Positions 18,365 to 29,391 of a DNA stretch of 64,000 nucleotides are shown piece after piece. Source of the stretch: Polyangiales bacterium (GTDB taxonomy: Bacteria; Myxococcota_A; Polyangia; Polyangiales; JADJQN01); NCBI GenBank assembly GCA_964202905.1, contig CAXNJO010000002.1, positions 32,001 through 96,000 of the forward strand. Reading direction: 5' to 3'. Each line of letters opens with the position of its first letter. Positions within the stretch are counted from its first letter, which is position 1. The notes beneath the pieces were generated by a model. It ran no database searches and was not told the origin of the DNA. It was given only the letters and a program-made list of their open reading frames with translations. Made by a program: the position numbers and the translations under genes.

Positions 18365-21300
18365 CTAGGAGACGTCGCCGAGCGCGCAGCTGATCTCGAA
18401 GCGCATGCCGCGGTCGCTGTCGGCGACGAGCTTGCCGCGCAGCTGCCGCGTCAGCGAGCGGATGAGCTGCAGGCCGAGCGTGCCCGACGTCGCCGGATCG
18501 AGCCCCGAAGGCAGGCCCGCGCCCGAGTCGCTGACGGAGACGTACACGCGTCCGTCGCGCGCCCGCACCTCGACGCGCACGTCGCAGTCCGCGCCCGTGC
18601 GCCCGGTCTCGCCGGCCGGACGCGCGATGGCCTGCCCGTACTTGATCGCGTTGGTGATCAGCTCGTTGAGGATGAGCCCGAGCGGGACCGCGTGCTCGAC
18701 GGTCACCTCGACGGGATCGACGCGCACATCGAGGCGTGTGCCCGGCGAGAGCGCGGCGCGGAGCGAGTCCGCGAGGCTGCGCGCGTAGTCGCCGAAGTCG
18801 ATCCGCTCGAGGGAGTCGACGCCGTAGAGCTGCTGGTGGATGAGCGCCATCGAGCGGACGCGGTAGACGCTCTCGGCGAGGAGCGTGCGCGCGCGCTCCC
18901 CGGGCATCTGCTCGCTCTGCAGCATGAGCAGGCTCGAGATGATCTGGAGGTTGTTCTTGACGCGGTGGTGGATCTCCTTGAGGAGCGTCTCCTTCTCGCG
19001 GAGCGAGCGCGTGACCTCTTCCTGCGCGGCGTGGCGCTCGGTCACGTCGGCGACGCCCGCGAGCACCTGGAGCTCGCCGTTGAGTTGCAGCGACACGAGC
19101 CCGATCTCCGCGGGGAACTGGTGCCCGTCGCGTCGCACGGCCTGGACGAGCCGATTCGGGGCCATCTCCCGGCCGCGCACCCCCGCGCGGAAGCCATCCA
19201 TGAGCCCGTCGTGCCGCGCCGCGACCGACGCCGGGACGAGCCGCGAGACGGGCAGGCCCTCGAATTCGGCCTCGTCGTAGCCGAAGAGCGAGCGCGCGTT
19301 GAGGTTCGACTGCACCACGCGCCGGTCACCGTCGACGATGAGCATCGCCTGGGGCGCATGCTGGAAGAGGCGCTCGAAGCGCTCTTCGCTGAGCCGCAGC
19401 TCGCGCGTGCGCGACTCGACGCGCTCCTCGAGCGCGGCGTTGAGGCTGCGCAGCGCGTCGCGCCCCTCCTGGATCGCGAGGTGGGCGCCGAGGACCGCGC
19501 CGAACTGCACCGCGCTGTCGATGACCTCCGGCGTCGGCGGCGCGTCGCCACGCAGGCCCAGGTTGAGCGTGCCGAACGCGCCGCGCAGCCCGATGATCGG
19601 CACGACCACGAAGTGCCGGAAGTCATGGGCCTGCTGCAGATGCTGCCAATCCGGGAAATCCTCGACGCGGTGTTCGCGCGTCGTGACGGGCACGCCACGC
19701 TGCAAGGCCGCGAGGAGGGCCGTCCCGCTGCCCGCGAAGTCGAGTTCGATCTGCTCGGCGCTCACCTGCGCGCGCCGCTCGATCCACGCCGCGCCGGCCG
19801 CGAAGAAGGTCTCCGCGCTGCCGAACTCCGCCGCGATGTCGAGGAAGAACATCCGCAGGCGCTGCGTCTCGCCGATGCGCCGCACGAGGGTGACGTGATT
19901 GGCGTCGAAGGCGTCACGGACGCGCGCGCGCACGACGCGGAGGAGGTCGGCCGTGTTCTCCGTGCGGGAGAGCTCCGCGGAGAACTCGAGCAGCGCCGCC
20001 TGCCGCGAGGTCTGCTGCGCGAGGTGCGCGTTCAACCCGCGCAGCGCCGCCTCGTCGGCGACCCGCTGGAGGCCGGCCGTGAGCGCGTCGGCGAAGAGCT
20101 GCAACAGCGCCGCGAACTCGGCGGGCAGCAGGGGCTCGAAGCGCGGGTTGTCGACGCCGACGAAGCCGCGCAGCACGCCGTCGACGAGGAGCGGCACCGC
20201 GACGAGGCTGGTGATCCCCTGCGCGGAGAGGATCTCCCGCTCGGCCGCGGCCTCCGGCGGGAGCTCCGCGACGGACGGGATGTGGAGCGGCGCGCCGCTG
20301 CGGATCGGCGCCATGAAGAACTCGAAGTCCGAGGCGGCGAGGGCCTGCAGGTTCGCGCGCTGGGCCTCGACGCGGGGCGCGCACCACTCGTGCGTGTTGT
20401 CGATGAGGCCGCCGCGGACCTGGAAGACGTACGCGCGGTCGGCCTGCACCTGCTCGCCGAGCCCCGCGAGCGCTTCGCCGAGCGCCTCGTCGCCGCGCGC
20501 GCCGAGGAAGCCCGAGGAGACGAGCGCCACGAGGCGCTGCACGCCGAGCAGCATCGCGAGGCGGCGCTCGCCGACCTTGCGCTCGCTGATGTCGAAGGAC
20601 GCGCCCACCGCGCGCACCGGCGCGCCGGCCGCGTCGTACACGAGGCGCACGGTGTCACGCAGCCAGCGGTAGCTGCCATCGGCGGCGAGGTGCCGGTACT
20701 CGTGGACGTGGTGCCCCTTCTCGAAGAGCCCGGGCAACCCCGCCTCGACGCGCTCCCGGTCGTCGGGATGCACCGAACGCGCCCAGAACCCGGGCGCGCT
20801 GAACTCTTCGCGGGTGAAGCCGAGCACGGCGACGACCGACTCGCTGATGTACTCGATGCGGAAGTCCGGCAGCGTGGCCGCGTAGATGATGGCCGAGGTC
20901 GAGTTGAGGACGGCCGCGAGGCGTTGACGCTCGTCCTCGAGCGCGGCTTGTCGCGCGCGCTCCTCCGTGACGTTGCGGACGAGCACGGTGCTCTCGTCGT
21001 CGCTCATCCGGGCCATGCGCGCCTCGAACGTCTGCCGCCCCATGGGCAGCTCGAGGTCGTACTCGATCGTCTGCACCTCGCCGCTCGAGACCGACCGCGT
21101 CACCGCGTCGAGCAGGCGCGACGCGAGCGCGGGTTCGAAGAGCGTCCGCACGTTCTGACCAGGGATCTGCTCGGGGGTGACCACCAGGTCCGCTCGGGGC
21201 GCCTCCTTCGAGTAGCGCAGCGCGCCGTCGATGCCGACGGCGAAGAGCATGTCGGGGATGGCCTCGCCGAGGGCGCGCAGACGCTCGTTCTGCTCGGCGA

Positions 21301-23441
21301 TCGCGCGCTGCGCGGCCTCCTCCGCGCTCACGTCGCGGAAGGTGAGCACCACGCCACGCGTGCGACCGTCTTCGCCGATCGCGGCGGCGCGATCCGCGAT
21401 GGGCCGGGCCGAGCCGTCGCGGTGGAGGAGGAGGACGTCGCCGATGCGCACGTGGACGTCGCCCGTCGCGAGGACGGCGGCCACGGGCAGCTCGACCGGG
21501 GCGCGCGTCGACGCGGAGATCGTCCGGAACACGTCCCCGATCGGCTTCCCGATCGCCTCGGCGTGCGTCCACCCGGTGAGCGACGCGGCCGTCGGATTGA
21601 CGAGCGTGATGCGCGCATCCGTGTCGCAGGCGATGACGGCGTCGCCGATCGAGGCGAGGACGACCGCGTGCTGCACCTCGAGGCGCCGCCGCATCCCCTT
21701 CTCGATGGCCTGCACGAGCAGGCTGCCCACCTCCTCGGCGAAGCGCACCTCCGCCGGCGTCCAGATGCGCGGCGAGAGCGACTCGATGCAGAGCACGCCC
21801 CGCACGCCGTCGAGCGAGCGGAGGGGCACGTCGAGCATCGCGAAGATGCCGAGCGGCTCGAGGTAGGACTCGCGGAAGCATGCGGTCGCCGGGTGCGCCC
21901 GCGCGTCGGACGCGACGATGCTCTCCTCCTCGGCGATCGCCGCGAAATAGGCCGGAAAATCGGCCTCCGCGAGCACGTGGTCCGCGGTGTGCGCGCCGGA
22001 AGGCGCCTCGAAGAGATCGCGGCACACGAGCCGCCCGGCCGCGCTGCGCCAGACGCTCACGCGCTCGGCGGAGAGCGCGGCGGCGATCTCCTCGTCGACA
22101 CGCTGCGCGAACGATTGGACGTCGTCCGAGGGCAGGCGTGCGAGGCGGAGCAGCGCCGCCGCGAGGCGCCGCTCGTACGCGTCGGCGAGGGCCTTCTCCT
22201 CCTCGGCGCGCCGGCGCGCGCTGATGTCGCGCATGATGCCGACGAACGAGACGTCGCCGCGCGACTCGACGCGGCTGATCAACAACTCGACCGAGAGCGC
22301 GCGGCCGTCCGCATGCACCGCCGGGAGCTCGAGCAGACGCCCGAGGACGCGCGCCTCGCCCGTCGCGATGTGCCGCGCGAAGCCGTGCTCGTGCGCCGCC
22401 CGCAGACTCTCAGGCACGAGCCGCGAGAGCGACTCGCCGACGATCGCGCTCGCCGGGTAACCGAAGAGCGCTTCCGCCCCGCGATTCCAGTGCGAGATCC
22501 GCCCGCGCGCGTCGGCGCCGACGATCGCGTCGGACACCGAGGTGAAGAGCGCCGCGAAGCGCAGCTGCGCCGCCTCGCGCTCGGAGGCTTCGAGGCGCTG
22601 CGTGGCGCTCACGTCCTTCACGAAGCCCGTCCAGCGCGTGGGACGGCCGCCCTCGTCGAGGCGCGGATTCGCAGCGAGCAGAAGCCAGCGCGGGGCGCTC
22701 GCGTCGCCGCCGCAGCGCACGACGATCTCGAGGGACTCGGCCGTCCGGTGCGCCTCGCGGAGCGCGGCCTGCAAGCGCGGGCGCTCCTCGTCGGCGAGGG
22801 CCGCGAGACAGGAGCGACGCGTCCGCGCAGAGCGCCTCCGCGGAGACGCCGACCACGGGCACGGAGCGCGGGCTCGCGTAGTCGAACACGAGCGCGCCCG
22901 TGTCGTCGATGGCGCCCTCGAAGATCATCTCCGGCAGCGTCTCGGTGAGACCCGCGTAGCGACGCTCGCTCGCGACGAGCGCCGCGTGGGCTTCGCACGC
23001 GCGGGCCGCCACGCCGAGCCTCCGGAGGATGGCGCCGAGCCCGCTCTGCACCATCGCCTCGAGGGCCGCCCCCGACTTGCGCAGCTCGAGGAGCCCGAAG
23101 CCCGGCAGCAGGAAGAGGTGCCGCTCCCCATCGTCCGCGGAGAGGTGGTGGTGGAGTTCGTCGTCCTCCGCCGCGAGCCGATCGCTGTGGACGAGCGAGC
23201 CGAGTTCCCTCAGCTCCGCGTCGACCGCGAAGTGCCGGTCCGGCGGCAGCGCGCAGCGTTGTTCGACACGAAGCGCCGCCGGCGGCACGGGGACCGCGTA
23301 GATCGCGCCCTCGCTGCACCCGAGGCGGCCGACCAGGACCGCGAGCGTGTCCCGCAGCACCGCGGGGAGTTCGAGGCTCCCGCTCAATGCCATCACGGCC
23401 TCGAGCTGGATGGCGACGAGGTCCGTGCCGGAGAGACTCAC
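18365..23441 (-). CDS. Giant multi-PAS/GAF sensor histidine kinase (HisKA_2 type), one frameshift at ~22808
   Basis: EIHHRVKNNLQ H-box, LILNELITNAIKY, DSGAG and LGLQLI motifs, with about 6 PAS and 3 GAF domains. ORFs 22410-23441 and 18365-22774 join inside a PAS domain. Confidence 0.88.
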
Positions 23442-23486
23442 GTGACGCCTGCCGCTGCCGCCATCCCGAGGCGCGCGCCGACCTGC

Positions 23487-26426
23487 TCAGCCCGCACCGC
23501 GCGCTCCGAAGCCCGGATACGGGGCGGGACGACCGAAATGGAAGCCCTGCAGGAGGTCACAGCCGAGCTCGACGAGCACGCTCGCCTCGGCCTGCGTCTC
23601 CACACCCTCGGCGACCACCAGCGTCCCGGCGGGGCGCGCGATCGCGACGACCGAGCGCACGAACGCCTGACGCGCGGGCGACGCGTCGATGCCGCGGACG
23701 ACGACGAGGTCGAGTTTCACGAGGTCGGGGGGCGCGGTCACGAGCCAGGCGAGCCCGGCGTAGCCCTCGCCGAGGTCGTCGAGCGCGACGCGGAAACCGA
23801 CGCCGCGCAAAGCACGCACGGCGGCCGCGAGCTCGCTCGGTGAGCCGAGCTGCGCGCGCTCCGTCAGTTCGAGCACCACGCGGGCCGCGTGCGGACGGAG
23901 CGGCTCGTCGTCCGCGAGCAGCCAGCCGTGCTGCACCTCGAGCGGATGCACGTTCACGAACATCGGCTGCGCGTCCTCGCCGCGCGCCGCGAGGATCGCC
24001 GCGACGCGCGTGCGCACGGCCCGCCCGAGGTCGCGCAGGCGCCCGAGCCGCTCGGCCACCGCGAGCAGGGCGTGCGGCGTGTGCTGGGGATGCTGGCCCC
24101 GCATGAGCGCCTCGTAGCCATGGACGGTGCGGCCGTCACTCTTGACGACGGGTTGGTAGACGACGCCGAGCCCGGCGAGCGCCTCGTCGAACGCGGCCTC
24201 CGTCACGAGGGCGCCGTCGGCGGACGCGCCCGCATCGACCTTCACCCGAAGCAGCGCGTGCTGCAGCCGCGCGATCCGGGCGGCCGCCCCCTCCGCGGGG
24301 ATGGACGACGCGCGCTTCGGCGCGGACGACGCGCGGAAATCGGTGGGCGGCGTCGTCGCGGCGAGGGCCCCTTCGTCCTTCACCTCGATCGCGCGGCGCG
24401 TGAAGGCCTCCATCGTGAAAGGCTTCCACAGCACGCTGACGCCCGGCGCGAACTTCACGAGATCCTGGTCGAAATAGCCGCTCATCACGAGGGCCGCGGC
24501 ACGGGGCGCGACCGTCCGCGCATGCGCGAGCACTTCCTCGCCGCCCATCCCCGGCAGGACCATGTCGCAGAGGATGAGGTCGATGGCCGCCCCGTCCTCG
24601 TCGAGGATGCGACACGCCTCCTCGCCCGAGCCCACGCCGATCACCTCGAAGCCCGCCTCGCGCAGCGCCCGCTCGCATGCGCGCCGCATCGGGGCCTCGT
24701 CCTCGACGAGCAGACAGCGCGCGCCCCCCGCGGTGCCGCGGACTCCCGCGTCGTCGTTACCCGCGGTCCGCGGCGCCTCGTCGCCCGTGATGGGGAGCTC
24801 GAACACGAACGTGGTGCCGACCCCGGGTTCGCTGCTCACGCGGATCGTCCCGCCCGCGCGGTCGACGAGCATGCGGCACGTCGAGAGGCCGAGCCCCGCG
24901 CCGACGCCGTGCGGCTTGGTCGTGAAGAAGGGCTCGAAGATCTTCGCGAGCGTCTCGGCGGGGATGCCCGTGCCTGTGTCCGACACAGCGAGGCGCACGT
25001 AGTGCCCCGCGGCGAACGCCCCCGCGGCCTCGGCGGGACGCTGCGCGGATACGGTGACCTTGCCGCCCCGCGGCATCGCGTCCCGCGCGTTGACGATGAG
25101 GTTCAGCACGATCTGCTCGAGCGAGGTCGCGTCGAGCCCGATCGCCATGGGCTCGAGCGCGAGGTGGAACTCGAGCGCGACCGTCGACCCGGCGAGCCGC
25201 TCAGCCATCGGGCGCAGCTCACCGAGCACCTTCACGACGTCTGCGTGGGTCGCGCCGGCGACCTCGCCGTGCCGCGAGAAATCGAGCAGTTTCCGCGTGA
25301 GCAGCGCGCCCCGCTGCGCGGCGTGCACGACCTCGTCGAGGTCGGAGCGCTGCTCGTGGTCCTCGCCGAGGTCCGTCCGCGCCAGATCGGCGAAGGCGAC
25401 GATCGCGCCGAGGACGTTGTTCATGTCGTGCGCGATGCCCGCGGTGAGGCGCCCGACGAGCGCGAGGCGCTGGCTGTCCGCGAGCGCCGTCTCGGCCGCG
25501 CGCTGGCGGGTCACGTCGAGGTGGAACACCAGCATGTGCGTGATCTGCCCGTTGCGGCTCGCGACGGGAGACACGCCGACGGAGGTCCAGAACACCTCGC
25601 CGTTGGCTCGGACACCGCGCGTGACGCCATCGACGGCGACGCGCGCCTCGATCGCGGCCTGGAGGCGCATGGCCGCCTCGCTCGTGCCCTCTTCGGCGAG
25701 GAAGCAGGGCCGCCGTCCGATGGCCTCCTCGCGCGTCATCCCGCTCAGCGTGAGGAAGGCGTCGTTGCAGTAGACGATCGCGCGGCGGTCACCGCGCGCA
25801 TCGACGAGGAGGATGCCGACGGTCGCCGAGTCGACCGCCGCCCCGAGCAGGCGCAGGCCGGTGTCCGCCGCGTGCCGCTCGAACGCGACGGCGAGCGTGG
25901 CCGAGAGCGTCCGCTCGTCGAAGGGCTTGAGCAGGTAGCCGTAGGGGGAGATCTCCGCGGCGCGGCGCACGGTGTCGTCGTCGGCGTAGGCGGTGAGGAA
26001 GATGATGGGGACGTCGCCGAGCTGGCTGATCGCGCGGGCGGTCTCGATGCCATCGACGGGGCCGCGGATGGAGATGTCCATGAGGACGATCTCCGGCTGG
26101 TGCTCGACGAAGAGCGCGACCGCCTCGTCGCGGTTGTCGCCGATGCCGACGACGTCGTAGCCCATCCGCAGAAGGCGACGCTCGAGGTCGAGCGCGATGA
26201 GTGCTTCGTCCTCGACGATGAGCACCCGGCCCCGGGCGGTGCGCACGGGCGTCGGCCCGCCGCTGCCCCCTGGCGGCAGCGAGCCGCGGCCGGTGACGGC
26301 CACGAAGACCTGGGAAGGGGACGTGCGACGCGAACCGGTGCCCCCTGCTGCGCCCGAGCCTGCGGGGCCCTGGGGCGTGGTCTCGGACGCAGGCTGTTCG
26401 GAGGGAGAAAGGGAGGTGGGATGCAT
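23487..26426 (-). CDS. Hybrid REC-PAS(LOV-like)-histidine kinase-REC-EAL protein
   Basis: REC (VEDE, LMD, KP), AHDMNN H-box, FFTTK/GLGL, second REC, and EAL motifs YQP, EAL, ELTE, DDLG, KLD, EGVE and QG. Confidence 0.9.
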   Translation of the reverse strand: MHPTSLSPSEQPASETTPQGPAGSGAAGGTGSRRTSPSQVFVAVTGRGSLPPGGSGGPTPVRTARGRVLIVEDEALIALDLERRLLRMGYDVVGIGDNRDEAVALFVEHQPEIVLMDISIRGPVDGIETARAISQLGDVPIIFLTAYADDDTVRRAAEISPYGYLLKPFDERTLSATLAVAFERHAADTGLRLLGAAVDSATVGILLVDARGDRRAIVYCNDAFLTLSGMTREEAIGRRPCFLAEEGTSEAAMRLQAAIEARVAVDGVTRGVRANGEVFWTSVGVSPVASRNGQITHMLVFHLDVTRQRAAETALADSQRLALVGRLTAGIAHDMNNVLGAIVAFADLARTDLGEDHEQRSDLDEVVHAAQRGALLTRKLLDFSRHGEVAGATHADVVKVLGELRPMAERLAGSTVALEFHLALEPMAIGLDATSLEQIVLNLIVNARDAMPRGGKVTVSAQRPAEAAGAFAAGHYVRLAVSDTGTGIPAETLAKIFEPFFTTKPHGVGAGLGLSTCRMLVDRAGGTIRVSSEPGVGTTFVFELPITGDEAPRTAGNDDAGVRGTAGGARCLLVEDEAPMRRACERALREAGFEVIGVGSGEEACRILDEDGAAIDLILCDMVLPGMGGEEVLAHARTVAPRAAALVMSGYFDQDLVKFAPGVSVLWKPFTMEAFTRRAIEVKDEGALAATTPPTDFRASSAPKRASSIPAEGAAARIARLQHALLRVKVDAGASADGALVTEAAFDEALAGLGVVYQPVVKSDGRTVHGYEALMRGQHPQHTPHALLAVAERLGRLRDLGRAVRTRVAAILAARGEDAQPMFVNVHPLEVQHGWLLADDEPLRPHAARVVLELTERAQLGSPSELAAAVRALRGVGFRVALDDLGEGYAGLAWLVTAPPDLVKLDLVVVRGIDASPARQAFVRSVVAIARPAGTLVVAEGVETQAEASVLVELGCDLLQGFHFGRPAPYPGFGARGAG

Positions 26427-26577
26427 CTGGGCCGATCCGGTGCCTTCGGTGAGGACGCGTACAGGAAAACAGCGCTCACTTCAAGCGTGAGGGGCGACGG
26501 GGCAGGCGCTCTGGACCCACGCCGGGGGCCATGTATACCCGATACCCCAAGGGGCCAAGCGCCCACCGCGGGGCCCG

Positions 26578-26606
26578 TTGACACCCCTGCGCGAGACCTC
26601 TACTCC
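26578..26606 (+). promoter_or_regulatory. Candidate sigma70-type promoter
   Basis: TTGACA, 17 bp spacer, TACTCC (weak -10), then GGAGG and ATG 26623. Confidence 0.4.
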
Positions 26607-26622
26607 CGGCGCTGGAGGCTTC

Positions 26623-27645
26623 ATGCGGCGCATCCTCGTGTCCGGATCCCTGTGCGCACTGCTGTTGACCCTCGGTGGGTGTGGGGGCGACGACGCCGCG
26701 GGCGGCGACGCGGGCGGCGCGGTCGACCTCGGCCCCGGCGTCGACCTCGGCGCGGACCCGGTCGATGGGGGCGCGATGGCGGACGGAGCCGCCCCGGTGG
26801 ATCTCGGACCCGGCATCGTCCTGATGGAGGACGGCGGGTTCACGTGGACGTGTCGCCGCATCTCGTGCGGCGGGCGCGTCACGGAGTGCGGCGATTGCGT
26901 GGACAACGACGCGGACGGCACCGTCGACGAGCGTGACCCGGAGTGCCTCGGCCCCTGCGACAACACGGAGGGGCCCGCGCTCACGGCGGGTGTCGGCGGC
27001 GAGACCGGCGGTCCCTGTGTCGCGGACTGCTACTTCGACTTCGGCAACGGCCCCGGCAACGACGATTGCCTTTGGGACCACCGCTGCGATCCGCTCGCCG
27101 TCTCGCCCGCCTACCCGCCCGAGGGCAGCGCCTGCCCGTTCGAGGGCTCCCGCGTCGGCGGCCGTACCTGCCCCGCCGCGCAGAGCGAGATGTGTCTCGA
27201 CGTGTGTCGCCCGCTCACGCCCAATGGCTGCGACTGCTTCGGATGCTGCACGTTCGACGCGATCGCGGACCGAAGCCCGGCGGAGGGCGGCGCGTACGTG
27301 TGGCTCGGCTCCGTGTTCCCGGGCACCAACGACGGCAGCTGCACGCTCGACGACGTGCGCGACACGGCGCTCTGCAAGCCGTGCACGCCCGTCGCCGACT
27401 GCCTCAACGACTGCGGGCGCTGCGAGCTCTGCATCGGCCGCGATCCCGCGTCGCTCCCGGCCGATTGCTTCCCGCCGCCCCCCCCGCCGCCCGTCGACGG
27501 CGGCACCACGACGGATATGGGCCCGCCACCGCCGCCGCCCCCCCGCTGCGATCCGGGCGTGCAGCTCTGCGGCCTGCCCGGGGAGCCGGCTTGTCCGCTC
27601 GACACGTACTGCGTGACGGGCTGCTGCGTGCCGACGATCATCTGA
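26623..27645 (+). CDS. Cysteine-rich myxobacterial lipoprotein
   Basis: Lipobox LGGC, DLG/DAG linker, CxDCVDNDADGTVD motif, many Cys and poly-Pro tracts. Confidence 0.8.
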   Translation: MRRILVSGSLCALLLTLGGCGGDDAAGGDAGGAVDLGPGVDLGADPVDGGAMADGAAPVDLGPGIVLMEDGGFTWTCRRISCGGRVTECGDCVDNDADGTVDERDPECLGPCDNTEGPALTAGVGGETGGPCVADCYFDFGNGPGNDDCLWDHRCDPLAVSPAYPPEGSACPFEGSRVGGRTCPAAQSEMCLDVCRPLTPNGCDCFGCCTFDAIADRSPAEGGAYVWLGSVFPGTNDGSCTLDDVRDTALCKPCTPVADCLNDCGRCELCIGRDPASLPADCFPPPPPPPVDGGTTTDMGPPPPPPPRCDPGVQLCGLPGEPACPLDTYCVTGCCVPTII

Positions 27646-27792
27646 GGTCTCGCGGCGCCGTCGCGCCTGCGCACGGCGCGCGGGGGCGCACGGCGCACGG
27701 GGGACGGAAGGCCGGGGGCGCGCAGGGGCCCGCGGGCCGGCGCAGAGGGGCACTACACCTCGAAAAACCGGCCCAGCGCGCGGCCCGCGGCG

Positions 27793-28533
27793 TCAGCGGA
27801 GCAGCGCGCCGCCGTCGACGACCAGCGTCGTGCCGGTCGTCCACGTCGCGTCGAGGAGGGAGAGCACGGCCGAGGCGATCTCGCTCGGCCGACCGAGGCG
27901 TCCGAGCGGGTGCACGGCGGCGAGCGCCGCGAGGTCACGGCCGCGCAGCATCTCGGTGTCGACGGCCCCGGGCGCGACGACGTTGACGCGGATGCCGCGG
28001 GGCGCGAGCTCGATCGCCATGGCGCGGGCGGCCGCGTCGAGCCCCGCCTTGGCCGCGGCATACGCGAGTGTCCCGGGGACCGGCCGCTGCGCGAGGTTCG
28101 ACCCGACGAGCACGATGGCCCCGCCGTCCGCGAGGCGGTCGAGCGCGACCTGCGCGAGCAGCACGGGCGCGACGAGGTTCGCGCCGAGCGTCGCGGCGAA
28201 ATCCGACTCCGCGATCGCGCCGAGCGGCGCGTGCCGCGCGATGCCCGCCGCGAGCACGAGCGCGTCGAGGCCCCCGAGCGCGGCGCACGCCCGCTCGACG
28301 AGGCGCGCGCGATCGTCGGCGCGCGTGAGCTCCCCGGCCAGCGGGACCACGCGCCCCGACGGCGACGCCGACGCGGCCTCCGCGACGAGCGCGGCGAGCG
28401 CCGTGTCGTCCCGACCACACGCCGCGACCGCGCTCCCCCGCGCGGCGAGCGCGAGCGCCACCGCGCGTCCGATGCCGCGGCTCGCGCCCGTCACGAGCAC
28501 GCGCCGCGGCGCCACGGCGGGCGGCACGCTCAC
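27793..28533 (-). CDS. SDR-family oxidoreductase
   Basis: Motifs TGASRGIG, YAAAK, IRVNVVAPG and VDGG. Start overlaps the folB stop. Confidence 0.9.
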   Translation of the reverse strand: MSVPPAVAPRRVLVTGASRGIGRAVALALAARGSAVAACGRDDTALAALVAEAASASPSGRVVPLAGELTRADDRARLVERACAALGGLDALVLAAGIARHAPLGAIAESDFAATLGANLVAPVLLAQVALDRLADGGAIVLVGSNLAQRPVPGTLAYAAAKAGLDAAARAMAIELAPRGIRVNVVAPGAVDTEMLRGRDLAALAAVHPLGRLGRPSEIASAVLSLLDATWTTGTTLVVDGGALLR

Positions 28534-29279
28534 GGCGCCTCGGGCGGGCGCTGCCAGGCCGGCTCCGGCGCGACCTCCGCGAGCGGCGCGTCGACCTCGA
28601 TCTCGTCCGCGGGATCGAAACGCGGCGCGTCGACGCACAACACGGTCTGCCAGCGCTCGGTGGGGTTGTCGTAGCGGTGCGGCGCGTCGTGGGGCCATCG
28701 GAAGACCGTGCCCGGCGCGACCGGGCGCCCCTGGCAGAGCAGCCCGTCGCCCACGATCATCTCGCTCTCGCGCATGACGCGGTGCACGTGCAGCGGGATG
28801 CCGCGACCGGGCGCGATGTTGAGGCGGTAGATGCCCGCTTCGCGCGTCTCGTGGAGGACGTCGACGGTACCGAAGCCCTTCGTCTCGTGGAGCACCTTCG
28901 CCCACTGGGCATCACGCGTGATGGTGATCGAAGGGACGGCTCGACCACCGAGCGCGCGCGGCTTGGTGAGCGTGATGCGCGCCCGCTCGATCGGCGCGCG
29001 GCGCTCACCGGCGGCCGGGGGCGCGAGCAGGAGCAGGGCGAGCGCGTGGGCGGCGGTCTCGAGCAGGCGGAAGCGACAGCTCTCGAGGAGGAACGCCACC
29101 TGCCCCGCGATCGACGCGTAGTCGACCGTGTCGCGCAGGCGCTCGTGCAGCGCGGCCACCTCCGTCGGGGCCTCGAGCTCGAGGTCGACGCGCAGGCGTT
29201 GGGGGACGTCGCGCTCGTGGGGATAGACGCCGACGATGCACTCGACCTCGAGGCCTGTGATGCGGATGAGATCGTTCAC
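28530..29279 (-). CDS. folB: Dihydroneopterin aldolase fused to a C-terminal cupin domain
   Basis: FolB motifs IVGVYPHER, TVDYA, FRLLET and KP. Cupin motifs PLHVH...E and PHRYDN. Confidence 0.85.
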   Translation of the reverse strand: MNDLIRITGLEVECIVGVYPHERDVPQRLRVDLELEAPTEVAALHERLRDTVDYASIAGQVAFLLESCRFRLLETAAHALALLLLAPPAAGERRAPIERARITLTKPRALGGRAVPSITITRDAQWAKVLHETKGFGTVDVLHETREAGIYRLNIAPGRGIPLHVHRVMRESEMIVGDGLLCQGRPVAPGTVFRWPHDAPHRYDNPTERWQTVLCVDAPRFDPADEIEVDAPLAEVAPEPAWQRPPEAP

Positions 29280-29391
29280 GGCGCGCGTTTTTGGGCTCGC
29301 CGCGCCGCCGAGTCAACGGGCGCGCGCGCCCCGCCGCGGCCTGACGCACCGCGTTGAACGCGCCCCCGCCCGGGTGTAGCTTCGCGCGCGC

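Noticed and set aside
27646..27792. G-rich intergenic tract as G-quadruplex or ncRNA
   Set aside because: G-runs are expected at this GC content, and there is no recognisable RNA family or clean terminator.
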